DNA of 64,000 nt from the NCBI GenBank assembly GCA_027923505.1, contig BROI01000017.1:124001-188000 (forward strand), given 5' to 3'. This DNA is from Mayamaea pseudoterrestris. Lineage: Eukaryota. The translations under genes and the position numbers were made by a program. The notes under the pieces were generated by a model. That model made no database searches. It was not told where the DNA came from and saw only the letters and a program-made list of their open reading frames with translations. Every line of letters starts with the position of its first letter. Position 1 is the stretch's first letter. Shown piece by piece: positions 25,251-36,415 of the stretch.

Positions 25251-25500
25251 AAGAATATTAGCATCATTCTGGCTTGATTTGGGCATACACATGGCTCAAG
25301 GTGTGGACGTTGGAAAATTTGGGCATCTGCTGGCTGAGTTCTCACCAGTCACATTGCAGTATACCAAGGGACCAGCCAGGCAATCCATCCTGTAGCGCAC
25401 CTGAAAGAAGGATGTTAGCACCATTCTGGCTTGATTTGGGCATACGCATGGCTCAAGGTATGGGCACTTGAAGGGCATGGCAGCTGCTGACTGAAATTTG
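25251..25500. repeat. Strongly diverged border monomers of the 169-bp satellite
   Basis: 'tgtagcgcacctgaaagaaggatgttagcaccattctggcttgatttgggcat' is the inverse match of 4077-4130. Confidence 0.85.
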
Positions 25501-25862
25501 GCACATCTACTTCCACAACTTTTCAAAAACTTGAGCTTCCCAGGTTTGTTTGGGCTAGTTGGCCTCATTAAAATCTTGGCCCATGGTGGCAATGTTTGTA
25601 ATTGATGGGGATGTTCAGGGGACCTATCAGTGTGGTGTGGCAGGTTTGGTTTGGTGGCACAATCCTCAGCTTTGTTGGAAGCTAGCAGGTCTATTCCCAA
25701 AATAATGGCCATAAGCTGGTCTGGATTCTGAAACAGTCCTTCCTTTCTATCTGGCACATCTACTCCCACAACTTCCCAAAAATTTGAGCTTGCCAGGTTT
25801 GTTAGGGTTTGTTGGCCTCATTGACATCTTGGCCCGTGGTGGCAATGTTTTTAATTGATGGG
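25500..25862. repeat. Imperfect direct repeat of about 110 bp with about 253-bp spacing
   Basis: 'ggcacatctact..cacaactt...ggcccRtggtggcaatgttt.taattgatggg' at about 25500-25609 and 25753-25862. Confidence 0.8.
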
Positions 25863-25899
25863 GTTGTCTATAGGACCTGGGGTCAAGATAAGTTTACTG

Positions 25900-26055
25900 G
25901 CTAGTGTCTCAGTGGACTGCTATGTGATTGATGATAACTTGTCACCAGTCTCAGCCAGAAGCTGTCATGCCTTTCAGTAGCCCACACCTTGAGCCATGTG
26001 TATGCAGCCAGTCAACTTATCTTGTAGCGCACTTGAAATAAGAAAGTTAGCACCA
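25900..26055. repeat. Scrambled satellite remnants in both orientations
   Basis: 'gtgtctcagtggactgc...aacttgtcaccagtctcagcc' (inverted sense) is followed by 'tcttgtagcgcacttgaaataagaaagttagcacc' (array sense). Confidence 0.7.
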
Positions 26056-26463
26056 GCATCAACTGCCCAAAGAATCACCCTGCCAAGCAGCAACTGAAAG
26101 GAATGCCTATTCATTAGCCTGTCATTGTTGCAAGCATTATTGGGTGCCACAAGGGATGCTCAGCATTGCCCAAGAATCATCTAATTTACTATCAGCAGCT
26201 TGTTAACAGTGGCTGCAGAATGAGGCAGAAAGTAGATTGATGATAGTGACATAAACAGTGAATAAGTGCAGTTAGCAACTCTTTTGACATATCTAGCTAG
26301 TGGGTGTGAGTTCACCTCTTTAAACATGCATTGAAAAATAAATCACTGATTAGTTACTTTGTGGGCATGTTAAGTAGATCAGAACCATTCAATATATTTG
26401 CGCGCCAATGCTTTTAAACTTACAACTCCTACCGGAAGTTATCTCTCTCAACTTATTGTAAGC

Positions 26464-28125
26464 TCAGCTCTCTCCTAATGGATCCAGAATCTCGGCCAAG
26501 TCTCTATTTTTCCGTTGAAGCCGCCGTGCAATGTCGATGGGTCGCTCGTTCTTGTCGTTGTAAGTGGTCACTCCGTCTGCATGATTCCAAACGAGAAACT
26601 GGATAATCTTCATGTCAGCGTTCGTTAATACTGCAACGTGAAGCGGTATATTCCCTTCCTTATCAGCAATGGACAGGGCCCGATCGGGTTCGGAGAGAAA
26701 GAGAGCTTCAATGATTTCTAAACGGCATCCTCGATGGACAGCAAGATGCACGGGTGTCTGTCCATTTGTCTTGTTCTTGACAACAACAGCCTTTTTGTTC
26801 TTAATCGCTAACATATCGACAACGTCCAAATCGGCGTCTGCATGGTCGCACGCATAATGGAGCGGTGTATTACCGTCCTTGTCAACGCGCGCTAGTCCCT
26901 GCTTGTACTCGTCAATCAACATTTTCAACGAGGCAACGGGAGCTTGCGCCATGCAAGCCAAGTGGATTGGAAGTCGAAACATGTGATTCGTTGACCAAAT
27001 CATGGAGTTCTTGTCAGCATCGGACGAGCCTTTGCTGCTACCGGAACTGCTGCTGCTCGACTCGTCATCAACACGTACTTCATCAATCAGGAATTTCAAC
27101 ACCTCTGCCGGTGCGCGATAGTTGCAAGCGTAATGCATGGGCGTACCAATAAACCCATCGTTCCATGCGGCTGCATGTGGATACGCCTTGTAGCATTCCG
27201 CCAGCGTCTTTGCGCTGGCGCCGAGGGCGCAAAGGACGCTGAACGGATAAATCTTGTCCTTGGCAAAGTCGAGGCTAATCTTTTTGCGACAAACTCTAGA
27301 GTTCTTTCGAATGAAGTCATAGGTAAGCTCGTCGTCATAGGTTTTGTTCCTGTGATTCAGCCAAGGATCATGATTAAGGAGAACTAGAAATTGGTCCTTT
27401 GGCGACGCATTCTTGTCAAGCACGACTCTCTTTTTCAAATCCTTGTCAGTTTCCATTTTTGACTTGAAATCCTTTGCAAAAGCTCTAGAATCGGAGCTTG
27501 TTCCAACATCATCAAGTATTTGCTTTGTCACACTGGCTTGTCGCTCCTGGCGGCGCTCCTTGGCAAGTTTTGCGGCGATGCCAAGGCCAACTACCTTGTC
27601 CTCCGAATTGTTTTGCTGGAACATCCAATCGGGTGTCTCGTCAAACTGCGGCAATGGTTCCTTCGGCCGTTGATTCCGTGAGATTGTACTTCGTTGTCTG
27701 GCGGTAGATGCGTTCGACTTGGTCGGGTCTATGGTTATATATCGGCTGTTGCTGCTAGCTGGCGTACTAGCCGGTTCGACGACGGCCGGTTGCGAAGCTG
27801 ACCCATTAGTGGTCTTGTGATTGTCAGCTGCGGATCCTTCGGAGTCGGATGAGTGACTGTCCGCGTCCTTCTTTTTCTTCTTTTCCTTCTTCTTGGCCTT
27901 TTTCTCCTCCTTTTTGGCTTTCTTCTTTTCCTTTTTCAGTCGTTTCTTTTCGTCGTCGGATTCGGTTACTTCATGATGTTGCTCCTTGTCTTCCTTCTTG
28001 CTCTTTTTCTCCTTCTTTTCCTTCTTCTCTTTCTTTTCCTTTTTCTCCTTCTTTTCTTTCTTCTCCTTCTTCTCCTTTTTCTTCTTCTTGTCTTGTTCAG
28101 TCGAAGATTCCGAATCTGATGCCAT
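26464..28125 (-). CDS. Ankyrin-repeat protein with a Lys/Glu-rich low-complexity N-terminus
   Basis: GTPMHYAC, LPIHLAC, GNTPLHYAC, GQTPVHLAV, GNIPLHVAV; (KKE)n tract. Confidence 0.9.
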   Translation of the reverse strand: MASDSESSTEQDKKKKKEKKEKKEKKEKKEKKEKKEKKEKKSKKEDKEQHHEVTESDDEKKRLKKEKKKAKKEEKKAKKKEKKKKKDADSHSSDSEGSAADNHKTTNGSASQPAVVEPASTPASSNSRYITIDPTKSNASTARQRSTISRNQRPKEPLPQFDETPDWMFQQNNSEDKVVGLGIAAKLAKERRQERQASVTKQILDDVGTSSDSRAFAKDFKSKMETDKDLKKRVVLDKNASPKDQFLVLLNHDPWLNHRNKTYDDELTYDFIRKNSRVCRKKISLDFAKDKIYPFSVLCALGASAKTLAECYKAYPHAAAWNDGFIGTPMHYACNYRAPAEVLKFLIDEVRVDDESSSSSSGSSKGSSDADKNSMIWSTNHMFRLPIHLACMAQAPVASLKMLIDEYKQGLARVDKDGNTPLHYACDHADADLDVVDMLAIKNKKAVVVKNKTNGQTPVHLAVHRGCRLEIIEALFLSEPDRALSIADKEGNIPLHVAVLTNADMKIIQFLVWNHADGVTTYNDKNERPIDIARRLQRKNRDLAEILDPLGES

Positions 28126-28507
28126 GCTGCTGAATGCTGTGGTCGTTCGTTGGAACGAGTGGCGGTGCGTTTGGATGCTCGACTAGTTTCGTTGCTAATC
28201 TATACTTCTATCTCTCCAAGTATTCAAGTCGTCAAGCGCGAGACTTTTTTAACGAACTGATAGAATACGCAATGTGCTTCTGTTGCGAGCGTTGGCTTCT
28301 TGCACTGTGGCCGAGTCATAAAGCACCGCTGTCGATTGTCCCATGGTGAACGCGAAACGTCTGAACGACTGGCCGGCGCGCTTGCACGTGTCATTATGAC
28401 GTCACGCTGACAAGTTGAAGTGATGCATGGACGACCATGACGGATTTGCGCTTGCTGCTTCCATCACTTCGTCGTCCGAATGTCTCTGCTGGCTTCTCGA
28501 TACTGCC

Positions 28508-30400
28508 ATGGGACGCATCATTGACAAGATTATCGAGCGACGGAATCGCCAAAGAAAGTCTAATAATGACGAGCCATTATTTTGGAGCTTTGAATTCTTT
28601 CCACCCAAAACCGAGGCCGGATTGGAAAACTTGTTGACGCGGATTGATCGCATGACAATGCGATTAGATCCGCTCTTCATCAATGTTACTTGGGGAGCTG
28701 CTGGAAGTACCGAATGGAGGTCTCTTCATATTGCGCAACATGCTCAAAAATACTTGGGAGTTGATGCAGTGCTGCATTTATCGTGTCAAGGAATGTCGAG
28801 ACTTGAACTGATCCGCGTTTTGCAATTAGCCAAGGAGTCGGGTACAAGGAACATTTTGGCGCTGCGAGGAGATCCACCAGTGGGGAAGCGTTCATGGGAT
28901 ATTGATGAAGTGAGTGGAGGCGACTGCGATCGAGCCATTGACTTGGTCAAGTTAATTCGAGCAGAATTTGGTCAATACTTTGGCATTGCTGTTGCTGGAC
29001 ATCCTGAAGGTCATCCGTCGTCTACTAGTCGTCAAGTGGAGCTTCAGCATTTAAAGGACAAGATTGACGCTGGCGCTGACTTTATCTTGACGCAATTCTT
29101 TTACGATACTGATGTCTTTCTCGATTTTGTCAAGCTGTGTCGTGCGATTGGCATTTCCTGTCCAATTATTCCTGGCATCATGCCCATACAAAGCTACAGC
29201 GTTTTTGAGAAAATGACACGCTATTGTAACATTAAGGTTCCGCAGGAAGTCTGGGATAGACTTGATCCTGTCAAAGATGACGATGAAGCAATCAAGGAGA
29301 TCGGCTGCGACATTGCCTCGGAAATGTGTCGCCGCATTATCGGTCAAGGCAATGGCGTCGAGGGCATTCACTTTTATACGCTTAACCTGGAGCGGAGTGT
29401 CACTCAGATACTCATGCGCCTGGGCGTCGTAGATCTTGTTCGTCCGGTGAATAACGAACCAACTGCCAAGCCGACGGCTAAGGGTTCCTGTGACGATGTG
29501 CGCACCAATTCACAACGTCCATTTCCATGGCGACCGTCGGCACTAGAAAAGCGATCGTTGGAGGAGATAAGGCCGATTAACTGGGCAAATCGGCCCAAGA
29601 GCTATGTTTTACGCACCGAGGATTGGGATGAGTTTCCAAACGGTCGTTGGGGTGACGCGACATCGCCAGCATTTGGAGAACTTTCGCAACTCAGTCACTT
29701 TTACCAATTCTCTTTGGGGACGATGGAAGACCAACGCGCCATGCTTGGCCATCATCCAACGGAGCCGAAAGAAGTTTACGAAGTTTTTGCCAGATACATT
29801 GAAGGAAAACTACCTCACATACCTTGGTGTGAGGCTGCGCTTCAACCTGAATCGTTTCTAATCCAGGACAAGCTTGCAGCATTAAATCGAGCTGGCTGTT
29901 TAACAATCAATAGTCAACCGTCTGCGAATGGCCTTTCCAGTTCACACAAGACTTTTGGCTGGGGTGGACCGAATGGATATGTCTACCAGAAAGAGTATTG
30001 TGAGTGCTTTTGTAGTCCAGAAAATTTGGAAAAGCTTGTTACTTTAGTGCGGAGCCATCCCTCCATGAATCTTTACGCTGTCAACATTGATGGTCGGTTA
30101 GTACAGGAAGGGGCGGAGCCTGGCGGAGTCACGGCTTTGACCTGGGGCGTCTTTCCCAACCGTGAGATTCTACAACCAACTATATTTGATCCAGATATCT
30201 TTATCGTCTGGGCGGAAGAAGCCTTTTCACTTTGGACAACCATGTGGTTGAATCTGTATGACTTTGATAGCGAAAGTTATACCCTGATTGAAACGATACG
30301 AGATACTTACTTTCTTTGCGCAATCATTGAAAATGATTACCTTGGCGCAGACGGAGCAGAACCCTCACTGTGGGAAACGATGCTTTCATCGGTTAGCTAG
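28508..30400 (+). CDS. MTHFR: Methylenetetrahydrofolate reductase, eukaryotic type with C-terminal regulatory domain
   Basis: SFEFFPPKT, VTWGAAGS, ILALRGDPP, AGADFILTQFFYD, HFYTLN, WDEFPNGRWGD, TINSQP, TWGVFP. The likely ATG is 28508 (MGRIIDK); the frame is open from 28427. Confidence 0.97.
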   Translation: MGRIIDKIIERRNRQRKSNNDEPLFWSFEFFPPKTEAGLENLLTRIDRMTMRLDPLFINVTWGAAGSTEWRSLHIAQHAQKYLGVDAVLHLSCQGMSRLELIRVLQLAKESGTRNILALRGDPPVGKRSWDIDEVSGGDCDRAIDLVKLIRAEFGQYFGIAVAGHPEGHPSSTSRQVELQHLKDKIDAGADFILTQFFYDTDVFLDFVKLCRAIGISCPIIPGIMPIQSYSVFEKMTRYCNIKVPQEVWDRLDPVKDDDEAIKEIGCDIASEMCRRIIGQGNGVEGIHFYTLNLERSVTQILMRLGVVDLVRPVNNEPTAKPTAKGSCDDVRTNSQRPFPWRPSALEKRSLEEIRPINWANRPKSYVLRTEDWDEFPNGRWGDATSPAFGELSQLSHFYQFSLGTMEDQRAMLGHHPTEPKEVYEVFARYIEGKLPHIPWCEAALQPESFLIQDKLAALNRAGCLTINSQPSANGLSSSHKTFGWGGPNGYVYQKEYCECFCSPENLEKLVTLVRSHPSMNLYAVNIDGRLVQEGAEPGGVTALTWGVFPNREILQPTIFDPDIFIVWAEEAFSLWTTMWLNLYDFDSESYTLIETIRDTYFLCAIIENDYLGADGAEPSLWETMLSSVS

Positions 30401-30518
30401 TAACAACGATGCCCACAACGATAATCATTTATACCCGTAGCTACGCAATGCGCATAATCTACATACATCTAATTAGTTGGTTTATCTAAATTGCTGGTAC
30501 GATTTTTTGTGATTTTAT

Positions 30519-33197
30519 TTACTCAGCAATGGTTTCGTTAAACTCCCAATCTGGTTTGACAGCCATCGCCCAATTAAACTTGTCGCGAAGTGTTTTCGAA
30601 AAGATCTTTTCAATGGGAACTTCGTTACGTTTGCACCACGCTACAGAGATACGGGGGTCCATGTAGTTTATCTTCGACGTTCCAAGCGACACCTCTTTAT
30701 TGTCGTCCTTGTGCTTTAGATCCATCTCGGCCTTGTTGATCTTGGCGGTCCAATTCTCAATACGCTTCTTTACTTGATCAATCGTCGGCATTTTCTCCCA
30801 AAGATGTGCCTTTTGAAACTTGATATCCGCAAGATCGCGACGCTTCTGTTTGGCGGCTTCGTCAGCTTGCGTCGCGGCAATCTTTTCTTCGTTCGTTTTC
30901 GCCTTATCTTTTAGCTTCTTGGCTTTTTCAATCGCACTCTTAACATCCTCCTCCGCTTTTGTAATTGACTTTCGCAACGGAATACTGTCCGTCTCGCCTT
31001 TATTCAGTCGTTTTAAAATGGCTTTGAGTGCATGCTTTTGCTTCTTGAGGACCTCCACCTTCTGGCCAATGTTCTCGAGCTGCGTCTCCTGCGCTTTGCT
31101 GACGGACTTTTGATGATTGCAGAGAATGGCAACTTCACGATTGGCATTATTGTATTCCGTAACCTTTTCGGACGCAGAAAGACTTTTCCAGGAAGGCGAT
31201 GCCTCGTGCTTACGCAGCTCGGACTGCAACGTCTTACTTGCATTGTAAGTACGAAACACTTTGGCGCTCAAGCCGTCCATGAACTGCTTGAGGTGGTTGT
31301 TTAGCAAAGTCGGGTTGATGTTTCCAAATACCTCGTCCGTAGGCTTTTTGCCCTTGCAAAACGACTTAAAATTATCGTAAACTTTGGTGCCCATGCCATT
31401 CTCCTCGTTGTAAATGTGCGATCCAAAATCAATGGTCTGTTTGTAAAGCATCGAATCCTTACCGAGGAACTCAAGTTCAATTTCGCGATTGTCTCCCCCT
31501 TCTTGATTCGGATCAAAGTGCAAGTGCTCGACGCGCAAGGAGCAGCATCCGACAGTATCAGCTTCTTCATCCGTATCCTTTTCGCCGCCGACACGAAGCG
31601 CCAAGCGATCGATTACCCAAACTGCAGTCGCAAGCTCTCGTTCTTCGATGTCCTTCGAGCCAAGATCTTTCTTAACCACTTTGCGGATTTTCTCTATGTA
31701 TTTGCAAAGCAAACCAGCCTTTCCGTACTTGGCTCGGTCAGATTTACCTTTGAAGGAGCTAGAAGCTGCAAGCTGCATATATTTGTTCTGATTGTTAATG
31801 TTTTCCTTCCAAGACGCGAGCCATTGCCCGCGAGGGTCGTGGCGAATGTCGCTCCAAGCATGACCAGGCAAGCCGCATCGTGGAACGGGGGCTGCCTCGC
31901 TCAAATTTAGGGAAACTTGCTCTGGCAAGACGCGCTGCTTTAGTTTTCCCATTTTTGGATGCGCACCGCGTCCACGAAAAGTTCCAGGAGGTTCCATATT
32001 GTAGTTACCCACGCGTTCCAGGTGGCCATCAACAATGGCGAAACCATATTGGAATAAAGCCTTGTCGCGTTCCTCCTTGTTTAGCGAGCGCTCGGCGTCA
32101 GTAATAGCCTTCTTGACAATCTTTTGCTCGTTGAGATGGCGGCGAATCGGCTCAAAATCACATTTAGCAAAATCCTTGATCTCGTGTCCCTTTCCCAGCA
32201 CGAGCTTGAAGTCGGCGAAAAAATTGCTCGTAAAAATTTTGGCCGTTTTTTGGTTGCCGAGATGCATGCCGTCCGGATCCGTCGCTGCCATGAAAGTAGC
32301 CGCTTCCTCCTGCAACGCCGTTAGCGTTACCTCTTTTCCGTTGTATTTCATTTTGATGCCATGAGGCTTGTACGCCTCAGGAAAGCTCAAGCCAGCATGC
32401 TCCAGCTCGGACCAATTGTATCCAGACGGAGGCTCCTTAGCATTCCACCACAGAAAAGATTGCATGGCGTACTGCAAACGAGCTGTACGGTCCAATTCCT
32501 TGAGGCCTTTGGACTTCGTGGACACTAACTCAGACTTGACCTCGTCAGGTTTCACCTTTTTCTTCTTGACGGGCGTGCTGTCCAACTCTGGCGCCTTCTT
32601 TCGTTTCTTGCTTGATTCGCTTTTAATTACTGGCTCTTTCGCCTTCTTCTTTTTCTTCTTTTTCAAAGATAAGTCTTCGTCATCAAACGAGTCGTCATCC
32701 TCATCCATGTCGCCGTTGCTCGATTTGCGTTTCGCCTTGGACCTTGACGATGATTTCTTCTTCGGCAAGGAACCATCGTCCGAGTCACTGTCGTCCTTCT
32801 TAAGCTTACGTTTGGACTTTGCTTTCTTCTTTTTCGGCGCCGCGTCATCATCATCATCCACAAAGTCATCGTCATCAGAGTCGCTGTCTTCCTTTTTTGA
32901 CTTTGATTTAGACTTTGACTTCTTTTTCTTGGGTGTAACGTCGGTATCATCAATAAAATTGTCGTCGTCCGAGTCATTCATGGTCGCTTTTGCTTTCACT
33001 TTCTTTTCTACTGCCTTTGGCTTTTTCGCTTTCAGTTTCTTAATGGGCTTTTCTTCGTCCGAATCTACTTCCATGTCATCGTCGTTGTTGTTGTTTGAAT
33101 AAGCTGCATCGCTTTTGTGGACTTTCGATGAATGTTTGGCCGACGGGTTTTTCTCCGCCTCTTCAAACACAAACTCTTCTTCTGAGTCGTCCGACAT
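30519..33197 (-). CDS. TOP1: DNA topoisomerase I (type IB)
   Basis: [54 protein letters not shown] and the catalytic SKINYMDPR. Confidence 0.98.
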   Translation of the reverse strand: MSDDSEEEFVFEEAEKNPSAKHSSKVHKSDAAYSNNNNDDDMEVDSDEEKPIKKLKAKKPKAVEKKVKAKATMNDSDDDNFIDDTDVTPKKKKSKSKSKSKKEDSDSDDDDFVDDDDDAAPKKKKAKSKRKLKKDDSDSDDGSLPKKKSSSRSKAKRKSSNGDMDEDDDSFDDEDLSLKKKKKKKAKEPVIKSESSKKRKKAPELDSTPVKKKKVKPDEVKSELVSTKSKGLKELDRTARLQYAMQSFLWWNAKEPPSGYNWSELEHAGLSFPEAYKPHGIKMKYNGKEVTLTALQEEAATFMAATDPDGMHLGNQKTAKIFTSNFFADFKLVLGKGHEIKDFAKCDFEPIRRHLNEQKIVKKAITDAERSLNKEERDKALFQYGFAIVDGHLERVGNYNMEPPGTFRGRGAHPKMGKLKQRVLPEQVSLNLSEAAPVPRCGLPGHAWSDIRHDPRGQWLASWKENINNQNKYMQLAASSSFKGKSDRAKYGKAGLLCKYIEKIRKVVKKDLGSKDIEERELATAVWVIDRLALRVGGEKDTDEEADTVGCCSLRVEHLHFDPNQEGGDNREIELEFLGKDSMLYKQTIDFGSHIYNEENGMGTKVYDNFKSFCKGKKPTDEVFGNINPTLLNNHLKQFMDGLSAKVFRTYNASKTLQSELRKHEASPSWKSLSASEKVTEYNNANREVAILCNHQKSVSKAQETQLENIGQKVEVLKKQKHALKAILKRLNKGETDSIPLRKSITKAEEDVKSAIEKAKKLKDKAKTNEEKIAATQADEAAKQKRRDLADIKFQKAHLWEKMPTIDQVKKRIENWTAKINKAEMDLKHKDDNKEVSLGTSKINYMDPRISVAWCKRNEVPIEKIFSKTLRDKFNWAMAVKPDWEFNETIAE

Positions 33198-33559
33198 GAT
33201 AGGAAAAGGCTTCGTTCGCTAAATGCGACTTTGTGCGGTTAAGATGATTGAAATTGTGCAGCGTTGCGGCGGCGAGGCGTTTGTTGTTGGCTGGGTTGTG
33301 ATTGTGGCTGAGAGGCAAATCGCATGGTCGACGCTTTGCTGGCAATCAATTTAACATCGTATCGGTACTCGCGTTCCCGATGGCGACTGCTGCCCCACCA
33401 AGCATAGAAAGTCAGGCAGAGCTGTTAACACAACTTATTTAAAGTTGAAGGGCTATATCTGACGAGAAACTGTCGCAGATTGATTTACAATAAGCCGGTC
33501 CTTTCCTGAGCATGTACAAGAAATTCTAATCCTGCACAGCTACATGCCGAGGATGGAGC

Positions 33560-34318
33560 TCATGAACTATTTCGCTTGCGTCCTTTGAGCAACAATTCCT
33601 TTGCCTCATTAATCTTTCCCGATAGGTAGGTTGAACCTCCAGTATCAGGATGGTTCAACACTAGCAGACGGCGATGCGCATCGCGAATCCGTTGCGGCGA
33701 GCTCGATTGCCGCACTCCAAGAATCAATGCAGCCTCCTGCTTGGTCATGATATCCTCAAAGCCACCTTCGTAGTAGGAAGCACCAACATCAACGGCAAAC
33801 CACTTTTTGAAAAAGTTTTCTCGCGCCGTTTGCTGCTTTGTTTCCTTCCCCTTTGGTTCGCTTGCCTTGTCCGTAGATTCGCTAGCACCTTGCGACTTTT
33901 GCGTTGCTTCCTCCTTTTGCCGTTTCAAGTCTTCCTCCGTGACTTCCGGCAGACTGGCCTGGAACTCCTTCCATGCGCGCACGGCCGAGGCGCCCGCGTA
34001 GGCAGTTGCTGAGACGGCTCCCAATCCAAGAATAATGGCAACGGCACTACGCTCATCTCGGGCATTACTATGGTATTGCATGTTCGTTGGTGATCTTGTC
34101 AATGACAATTGACTTGTGCGAATTCGTTGTTCATCATCGTCGCGACGCCGATCAAACGGATGACAGAATGTGACAAAGGTTTGCTGTGACGGAAAAAGGT
34201 ATCGTCGCTCATTTTTCCATCGAAAGTTCGCGTAGTTGCCAAGTGATGACGTTTCGCCTCCATTCAACGTGGCTTTTCGAAGTGTAACACCTACTCTTTG
34301 TCGTCCCAGGCTCATCAT
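33560..34318 (-). CDS. PAM18: Mitochondrial import motor J protein (PAM18/TIM14-like)
   Basis: C-terminal [19 protein letters not shown]...[29 protein letters not shown]; one transmembrane segment and an Arg-rich N-terminus. The start codon is uncertain. Confidence 0.88.
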   Translation of the reverse strand: MMSLGRQRVGVTLRKATLNGGETSSLGNYANFRWKNERRYLFPSQQTFVTFCHPFDRRRDDDEQRIRTSQLSLTRSPTNMQYHSNARDERSAVAIILGLGAVSATAYAGASAVRAWKEFQASLPEVTEEDLKRQKEEATQKSQGASESTDKASEPKGKETKQQTARENFFKKWFAVDVGASYYEGGFEDIMTKQEAALILGVRQSSSPQRIRDAHRRLLVLNHPDTGGSTYLSGKINEAKELLLKGRKRNSS

Positions 34319-34522
34319 TATGGAGGTTTTGTGCGTTTCAATTTGTGGAGCAACGAGTGGAGGCAGCGTGACGCGAAGAAACGACGTCATCTAGTAACGC
34401 TACGACACGACGACGCGAGTAAAGTGACTCACCATGAAGATCATCACTCGAGATCCATCATCAATATACAGTCCTTCTGCAACATCCACAGAACTCCCAT
34501 CACTAACACTCGAGGCATCAAC

Positions 34523-35173
34523 ATGAATCAATATAGCCGCCGTTTTCTCCTTCTATTGGCTGTAGTCTTGACTTCAGCGCTTGCCTTGTCGCCATCGGAA
34601 TCATCACGCCGCGCCTTTGTTCGTGATGGACTTGCACTCGGAGGTGCCGCTCTAGCCTTTGGCTCTTCCGCAAACTCTGCTGTGGCGGCAGTCCCAAACG
34701 CCGGAGCCAAGGCACCTGCATTTGAGCTTCCCAATAGCCGTGGCGAAGGAACGACCTCGCTGCAGTCGCTCACCAAGACTGGCAAGTATACTGTTCTTTA
34801 CTTTTATCCTGGCGCCTTTACGTCGGGCTGTACGCTGGAAGCCCGAGCCTTTCAGCGCGACATGGACTCTTACCGCAAGCTGAATGCTCAGATTGTTGGT
34901 GTTTCCGTCGATCCTGTTGAGAAGAATGCGCAATTTTGCTCGGCGGAGGGACTGGATTTTTACATGCTTTCGGATCAAGGTGGAATGGTCAGCAAATTGT
35001 ACGGGAGCGCCCTTTCCATTCCTGGCTTTGGCACCTTTAGCAACAGACAAACGTATATCATTGATCCCAAGGGAAACTTGAGGTGGGTGTTTACGGATGT
35101 GGAGTCGCACATTGCCAGGCATTCACAAGAAGTCTTGGACAAGCTTGCCGAGCTGACAACGGCAACTGTCTAG
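34523..35173 (+). CDS. Peroxiredoxin Q/BCP family with plastid (thylakoid lumen)-type targeting
   Basis: LYFYPGAFTSGCTLEA (PxxxTxxC), GVSVD, RQTYIID. Signal peptide ...SALAL followed by SRRAF and a hydrophobic stretch ending AVA. Confidence 0.92.
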   Translation: MNQYSRRFLLLLAVVLTSALALSPSESSRRAFVRDGLALGGAALAFGSSANSAVAAVPNAGAKAPAFELPNSRGEGTTSLQSLTKTGKYTVLYFYPGAFTSGCTLEARAFQRDMDSYRKLNAQIVGVSVDPVEKNAQFCSAEGLDFYMLSDQGGMVSKLYGSALSIPGFGTFSNRQTYIIDPKGNLRWVFTDVESHIARHSQEVLDKLAELTTATV

Positions 35174-35275
35174 AGACATGGGTCTTAAATCGGTACTTAG
35201 TAGCTAAGCCTTATTTGCTAAAGTTTTTCATCGTTGTTGTATGTATATCGGTATTGCTACAATGGCTTCCAGTAG

Positions 35276-35923
35276 TTAGCTACTTCGTCCCATGAGGAAC
35301 TCATCAAACTCATCCTCCGATTTGGTCGATGTGACTTTGTCTCCTGCATCATCATCCCCCAAAGTGAGCTGATCCATGGCAGCTTCGTTATCAAGATCCA
35401 GCAAGTCGTCTAGATCCTCTCCCGTTGTTTTCGGTCCGCCCGTGGCAGGTTCGTCCATTGTCGCGGCAGCTGACGTAGCAACAACAGCTGGAGCTAGCGG
35501 ATTATCAAAGTCTTCCATGAGAAGCAAATCTTCGTCCCCTCCCTCCTCCTGAATGGTAAACTCCGGTTCCGAAGGCGCAGCAGCAGGATCAGCTGTATTA
35601 TTACTATCAAAATCAATTTGATAATCCACGTCGCTCAAAATCTTGGTGAGTCGATCATTCACCTGCAAGGCTTCCATCAAAACTTGCTCCGACAAGGCGC
35701 CTTGGGCAGCCGCTTCCACCAACTCAATCATGCGAGGCTGACAAGCTTCCAAGAAGCCTACAACGGCCAATAGTTCCTGTGAGGCAGTCTTGCTTGACTG
35801 CATTAACGATTCGCATCCGTTCATCTTGTCGACAACGATTTGCAAATCATTGTGAATTTTTTGGTTGACATTAATTGCTGACGACGTTGATTCCGAGGAT
35901 GAGGAAATGGCGGATGTGTTCAT
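35276..35923 (-). CDS. GAT-domain (TOM1-like) protein with acidic tail
   Basis: Helical segment FLEACQPRMIELVE...EQVLMEALQVNDRLTKIL; tail ends DEFDEFL. The 5' end is uncertain. Confidence 0.65.
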   Translation of the reverse strand: MNTSAISSSSESTSSAINVNQKIHNDLQIVVDKMNGCESLMQSSKTASQELLAVVGFLEACQPRMIELVEAAAQGALSEQVLMEALQVNDRLTKILSDVDYQIDFDSNNTADPAAAPSEPEFTIQEEGGDEDLLLMEDFDNPLAPAVVATSAAATMDEPATGGPKTTGEDLDDLLDLDNEAAMDQLTLGDDDAGDKVTSTKSEDEFDEFLMGRSS

Positions 35924-36415
35924 GGTGATCAATAATTGGCTTTGACAATTGGAACGCGGCTTGTGAGAATGAGGGTGTAGTATGGAGGCAGATGAGATAG
36001 CAACGGATCGATCTCATGGTGAAATAGCGCGCGGTCGTGGAACGCCTGCGTTTAACCCCATCGCTAAGAAAGTTGCTCATTTTGTGTGTCGGTTGGCGGT
36101 TGCAGTCACGCCGCGCGCGCTCGGCGGAGGCGCAAAATCACGCCGACGATGGACATGAGGTTTGCTTGACACTCTACCAACGCTCTTTCTCTCTCTCAAC
36201 ATTCACATCATTCAACACGACAGCGTCGACTCGCTGAAATTGTGAGACGAACAACATTCAGCGATAGATTCGTAACGTTCCTAGCTTGCAGCGAGAATCA
36301 ACGCTCTTGTCACGCAGTGGAGACGCTCCTCCCGGGCTCGCAGAACAGCAACCATTGTACTCTAACTGCACACTGACATTGTCACTAGCGAGCTCGACGG
36401 CCAAATAAATTCACA

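Noticed and set aside
7204..25292. Dozens of 60-180 aa ORFs (MSQGMAMYLVTTCHQSQ...) as a tandem peptide gene family
   Set aside because: The 169-bp unit is not a multiple of 3, the starts are mostly non-ATG, and ORF lengths change with random indels. They are a by-product of the satellite.
32368..33102. Long antisense ORFs over TOP1 and other genes (for example 27853-28119, 58450-59067)
   Set aside because: Shadow frames of real, often low-complexity, coding sequence on the opposite strand.
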